Under the pieces are notes generated by a model. It was not told where the DNA came from and did not search any database. It saw only the letters and a list, made by a program, of their open reading frames with translations. 64,000 nucleotides of DNA. Origin: Candidatus Krumholzibacteriales bacterium. GTDB lineage: Bacteria; Krumholzibacteriota; Krumholzibacteriia; Krumholzibacteriales; WJIX01. Below, piece by piece: positions 60,770 to 64,000 of this stretch. Within the stretch, counting starts at the first letter, position 1, and each line of letters begins with the position of its first letter. The DNA lies in assembly GCA_046483305.1 (NCBI GenBank), contig JAWODM010000034.1:43101-107100 (forward strand). Reading direction: 5' to 3'. A program made the position numbers and the translations under genes.

Positions 60770-62020
60770 TTATTCAGAGGCCATCTTCCGGTACATCTCC
60801 AGATGCGGTTTCAACCTGCCCATATCCATATACTTTTCCATCTCAACTTCATCCAGCAGATCGAATATTTCTGCGGCGCTTTCTTTTTCTCCCCTTCTCA
60901 AATGATATCCGCAGAGCTGAAGAAGGGCCGCCGGGTAGTTGAGAAGAATGCCGGATATCCTGGGCATCCCTTCAGTAGCCGAACCGGGCAGCATCCGGTA
61001 ATTCTCTCTGTTCAGAAGGACTTTCCGCACTGACTCGGTATCTACTTCCAGCCTTGTTCCGGAGGCGGGGACAGGGACAAGTTTCATTGTAAGCCCGCAC
61101 AGCTGCATATTATCACTAAGGCCGGCTACTTTTCCCATGGCAAGGGAAAAGTGTATATCTCTCCTGAAATGGTTGGTGGTTATTATATCGGCAATTGCGG
61201 CGGCCCCCGCACTGAGTAGACGTTCTGATATGTCTGGATCCAGATTCCACCCGAAAAGTCCATTTTCGATTCCGTATTCCTCCCTGGCCTCTTCGCAGAT
61301 TTCGACCTCAACAGTGTTGGATTTCCATTTGTAATTATGCATATTCATGATCTGGTAGTCAGACCAACTGACTGGAGCTGCAGGGAGGACTCCCTTAATA
61401 CCATCCCTGATCATCCTTACAAACCAGGGCCTGCCGAGAAGCGCCACCGGGATGCAAGTAATGTCGGTTCTATAGTCTTTCACCAGTTGTAAGTATTCAA
61501 CCGGGTTGGTATCAGCGTCTCCTCCCAGAAACAGGATAGCATTCTCGGAGCAGGATTTAAGAGTATTTCTGCCGTATTCAATCAGCCAGTCGGGGTAACC
61601 GCCCAGAGACCTTCCCCGGATAAACTCCTTCCTGGCCCCCTGGATATCCCCCTGCATCAGTTTTATCCTGGCCCTGGCTCCGCATTCGGCGCCGATGAAA
61701 TAATAGGCGTTACCGTAATCCGGTTTCAGTTCCACCGCTTTGCTCAGGTAACCGAGCACCTCTTCAGACTTATCCAGGTTAAACCCGGAGAGCGGGACAG
61801 AATCATAACAGAGATAATGGGTGAAATATCCCAGGTAGTAATAGATTTCGGGATTATCCGGAGAGGATTGCTCCGCTTCCTTCAGATATTGGATAGCTTT
61901 CCTGTAATTCCCTTCTTCAAATTGCTCCAGTGCGGCACTCTTGAGATCTAATTCCCCGGAGGCAGCTTCAGGGACGGAACTTAGTATGATTAAAACAGAT
62001 AATATGATAATTGCTTTCAT
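60770..62020 (-). CDS. Exported TPR protein with a DUF2723-like C-terminal segment
   Basis: Signal peptide, TPRs, then AILFLGGDADTNPVEYLQLVKDYRTDI..VALL. Confidence 0.75.
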   Translation of the reverse strand: MKAIIILSVLIILSSVPEAASGELDLKSAALEQFEEGNYRKAIQYLKEAEQSSPDNPEIYYYLGYFTHYLCYDSVPLSGFNLDKSEEVLGYLSKAVELKPDYGNAYYFIGAECGARARIKLMQGDIQGARKEFIRGRSLGGYPDWLIEYGRNTLKSCSENAILFLGGDADTNPVEYLQLVKDYRTDITCIPVALLGRPWFVRMIRDGIKGVLPAAPVSWSDYQIMNMHNYKWKSNTVEVEICEEAREEYGIENGLFGWNLDPDISERLLSAGAAAIADIITTNHFRRDIHFSLAMGKVAGLSDNMQLCGLTMKLVPVPASGTRLEVDTESVRKVLLNRENYRMLPGSATEGMPRISGILLNYPAALLQLCGYHLRRGEKESAAEIFDLLDEVEMEKYMDMGRLKPHLEMYRKMASE

Positions 62021-62052
62021 AGCTGTCCTCCTGTTTCACTGAAAAGATATGG

Positions 62053-62760
62053 TTATATTTTCTCCCGCGCCTTCATCAATCTCTTCCAGAACGGTTTGAA
62101 CAGGAAAGATCCCTCGTCCAGCCGGCAGAGCCTCTCGTACATAGGCAGGGTGACCGTAAAAGTCAGAGTATCAGGTGGAAGATGCTGGCGCATCGCTATG
62201 TCAGTGCTGCCCACCAGTCCCTGGGGCGCTTCCAGGTCTTCGAAAAGGGATACCAGCATACTGCACCCGGAGCCGAACGGAGCTATGACAGGGGTGATAT
62301 CTCCGGGCGAACTGTGGTACTGGGCTCCTGTCATCAGCGCGCTCAGCTGGTCGGGGTTGACGAAGAAAGTGACCGTTTTGAGGTACCGGAACTGATCTTC
62401 TCTCAGGGGCCCTATGATTATATACCTGTTTTCGCGGTGGTATGGGGTATATTTATCCATCCATTTACCCATCAGCTCCCGGGATTCCTTCAGCCCTTCA
62501 GTTTCTGCCAGAAACTCCAGGAATTCATCCCTGCTTCTTTCCCGCACTCCGAAATAGGTATGACCGGCGCCGCCGCAGGTAAAGTTCTCTTCGGTGATAT
62601 ATGTGCTCTCTCCGTTCATCCAACCTTCGTAACTTTCAAATATGCATTGGGAGGGTTGGGCGAAGGGGGCGAAAGGTTCTTTTTCCGGAGCGTCGTAGAG
62701 TCCCAGCAGAGGCCTGTCAATTCCTGTTCTTTCGAGAAGTATCGATGGATCCGGGGTCAT
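62053..62760 (-). CDS. DUF169-family protein
   Basis: C..CGG, VTFFVNPDQLSAL, PFGSGC and TDIAMR motifs. Confidence 0.78.
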   Translation of the reverse strand: MTPDPSILLERTGIDRPLLGLYDAPEKEPFAPFAQPSQCIFESYEGWMNGESTYITEENFTCGGAGHTYFGVRERSRDEFLEFLAETEGLKESRELMGKWMDKYTPYHRENRYIIIGPLREDQFRYLKTVTFFVNPDQLSALMTGAQYHSSPGDITPVIAPFGSGCSMLVSLFEDLEAPQGLVGSTDIAMRQHLPPDTLTFTVTLPMYERLCRLDEGSFLFKPFWKRLMKAREKI

Positions 62761-62785
62761 TAATGTTCTCCTTATTAAAATCCTG

Positions 62786-63562
62786 TCAATAGGAATAAGT
62801 AAGCGATACTACAGCGTAGTGGAGCCAGGCGAAGCTGTACACTTCATCCACATCGGCTCCCCCCTCCAGAGTACGGTAACCGGCGGCGATGCTCCAGCCG
62901 GGCGTTAACATATATCTGAGTTTGACCGAGAAGTCCTCCGCCCGTCCCGGGCCTCCGGCGAGAGCGTCCAGGTCGGCGGCAAATCTCCAGCGCCGGGAGA
63001 TTCTCCAGTCCATTCCCAGGTGAAGAAGCGGCACAAAACCGATATCCGGTTTGTCGCTGGAGGCGCCGGACTGAACCAGTTCTATCTTCGCGTCCCTGAC
63101 CTTGGCGGTAAATCCGATATACCATTTAACCTTATCGCCGTCCCGGAATCTGTAGCGGTATGAAACCCGCCATGAATTGAACTTATAGGTTGCTTCAACC
63201 GGTTCCCCGGCAATGAAACTTTCTCCTTCGAATTTCAGTTCATCATCCGGCTGTATGGTTTCCGTTATAGAGAATGGCGCCAGAAGGAGCCTCAATCCAT
63301 GCCTTCTGTTTATATTCCAGGTTATGTACATCCGGCCCGCCGGATAAGGCCCTTTCCCGGCCAGATCGGCCAGGGAGAACCTGGTCCCCTGATCGCTGTT
63401 GGGTATCTGGATATCGTTGACTGTCTGCCAGAGAGGGCCGCCTTCCAGTTCGATCATCAGGGTACTCTCCTGATCATACTCGAAAGCGTACAATTCAGCG
63501 GAGCTGGCCGGCAGAATCAGGATCAGGGCTGAGATTATGAAATTTTTCATATTTTTCCTCAT
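62786..63562 (-). CDS. Putative outer-membrane beta-barrel protein
   Basis: Signal peptide, amphipathic strands, GYR.LEGGAD and C-terminal aromatic residue. Confidence 0.75.
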   Translation of the reverse strand: MRKNMKNFIISALILILPASSAELYAFEYDQESTLMIELEGGPLWQTVNDIQIPNSDQGTRFSLADLAGKGPYPAGRMYITWNINRRHGLRLLLAPFSITETIQPDDELKFEGESFIAGEPVEATYKFNSWRVSYRYRFRDGDKVKWYIGFTAKVRDAKIELVQSGASSDKPDIGFVPLLHLGMDWRISRRWRFAADLDALAGGPGRAEDFSVKLRYMLTPGWSIAAGYRTLEGGADVDEVYSFAWLHYAVVSLTYSY

Positions 63563-63896
63563 TTTCTTATGATAAGTTTAGGAGAAAGAGCATGGAACTG
63601 TCAATTTGGAAAATTTACAGGCGCCGTTGAAATTATTTATGAATTTCGAATTCTTTCATATTTTTACTTGACAGTATTTTCAGGACATTTTTTCTAATTG
63701 TAGTATATAGAGTTGGTTATGCGCGAGAAAGGCTGTCATATGCCCATTAGCGCGCTATACCTTCCTAAGCTGCCTGATTGCCTTTAACATCACCCGATCT
63801 CCTTTTGTCAGCGATCCTCAGCCGCCCCGGAAAGGTATGTTATAATAGCTGACATAAGGGGGGACGCTATGGGTTTTAAGTAAAGGGAGGTGCGCT

Positions 63897-64000
63897 GTGA
63901 GCGTCCAGGTATCAGAAGGGATTTCAGCAGAGATAGAAAGCATCAGATTTTTCAGGGCGGAGCTTCAGAGTTATGATAATAAGCAGCTCCTGAGCGAGCT
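63897..64000 (+). CDS. Start of an unidentified CDS truncated by the window edge
   Basis: AAGGGAGG RBS, GTG at 63897, frame open to the end (MSVQVSEGISAEIESIRFFRAELQSYDNKQLLSE..). Confidence 0.6.
   Translation, partial: MSVQVSEGISAEIESIRFFRAELQSYDNKQLLSE

Noticed and set aside
1..64000. tRNA (including tRNA-Sec), rRNA, transposase or prophage genes
   Set aside because: None recognised by eye; a tRNAscan-SE/Infernal run would be needed to exclude them formally.

Overview
This is a bacterial chromosome segment, mostly housekeeping genes on the + strand. It is probably from an FCB-group anaerobe; this is an inference from a PorX-like PglZ regulator next to tsaE, 'NYPNPFNP' C-terminal domains and a long LptD. 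In order it contains: an XRE regulator plus membrane gene; an AT-rich island with a convergent AbiEi/AbiEii type IV toxin-antitoxin pair; cysteine synthase; a nucleotide-sugar operon; serS; a two-component pair; tsaE-tsaB-rimI; accD-folC; lptD; HU; lpdA; selD; queH; MrfAB-like repair genes; sdhCDAB; pyrE; rarA; and exported TPR, ankyrin and beta-barrel proteins. The main signals missed by the ORF track are: (1) a trp-style attenuator upstream of cysteine synthase, with a 23-aa Cys-Cys-Cys leader peptide and alternative pause, antiterminator and terminator hairpins; (2) two in-frame UGA (selenocysteine) genes, SelD and an exported UshA-like/tetraheme cytochrome c fusion, sharing a similar post-UGA signature; (3) phased or palindromic operator arrays; (4) intact but catalytically degenerate HemC, GlpX and histidine-kinase homologs; (5) a MITE-like repeat region. 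No rRNA, tRNA or CRISPR array was recognised. All family calls come from motif recognition, not database searches.
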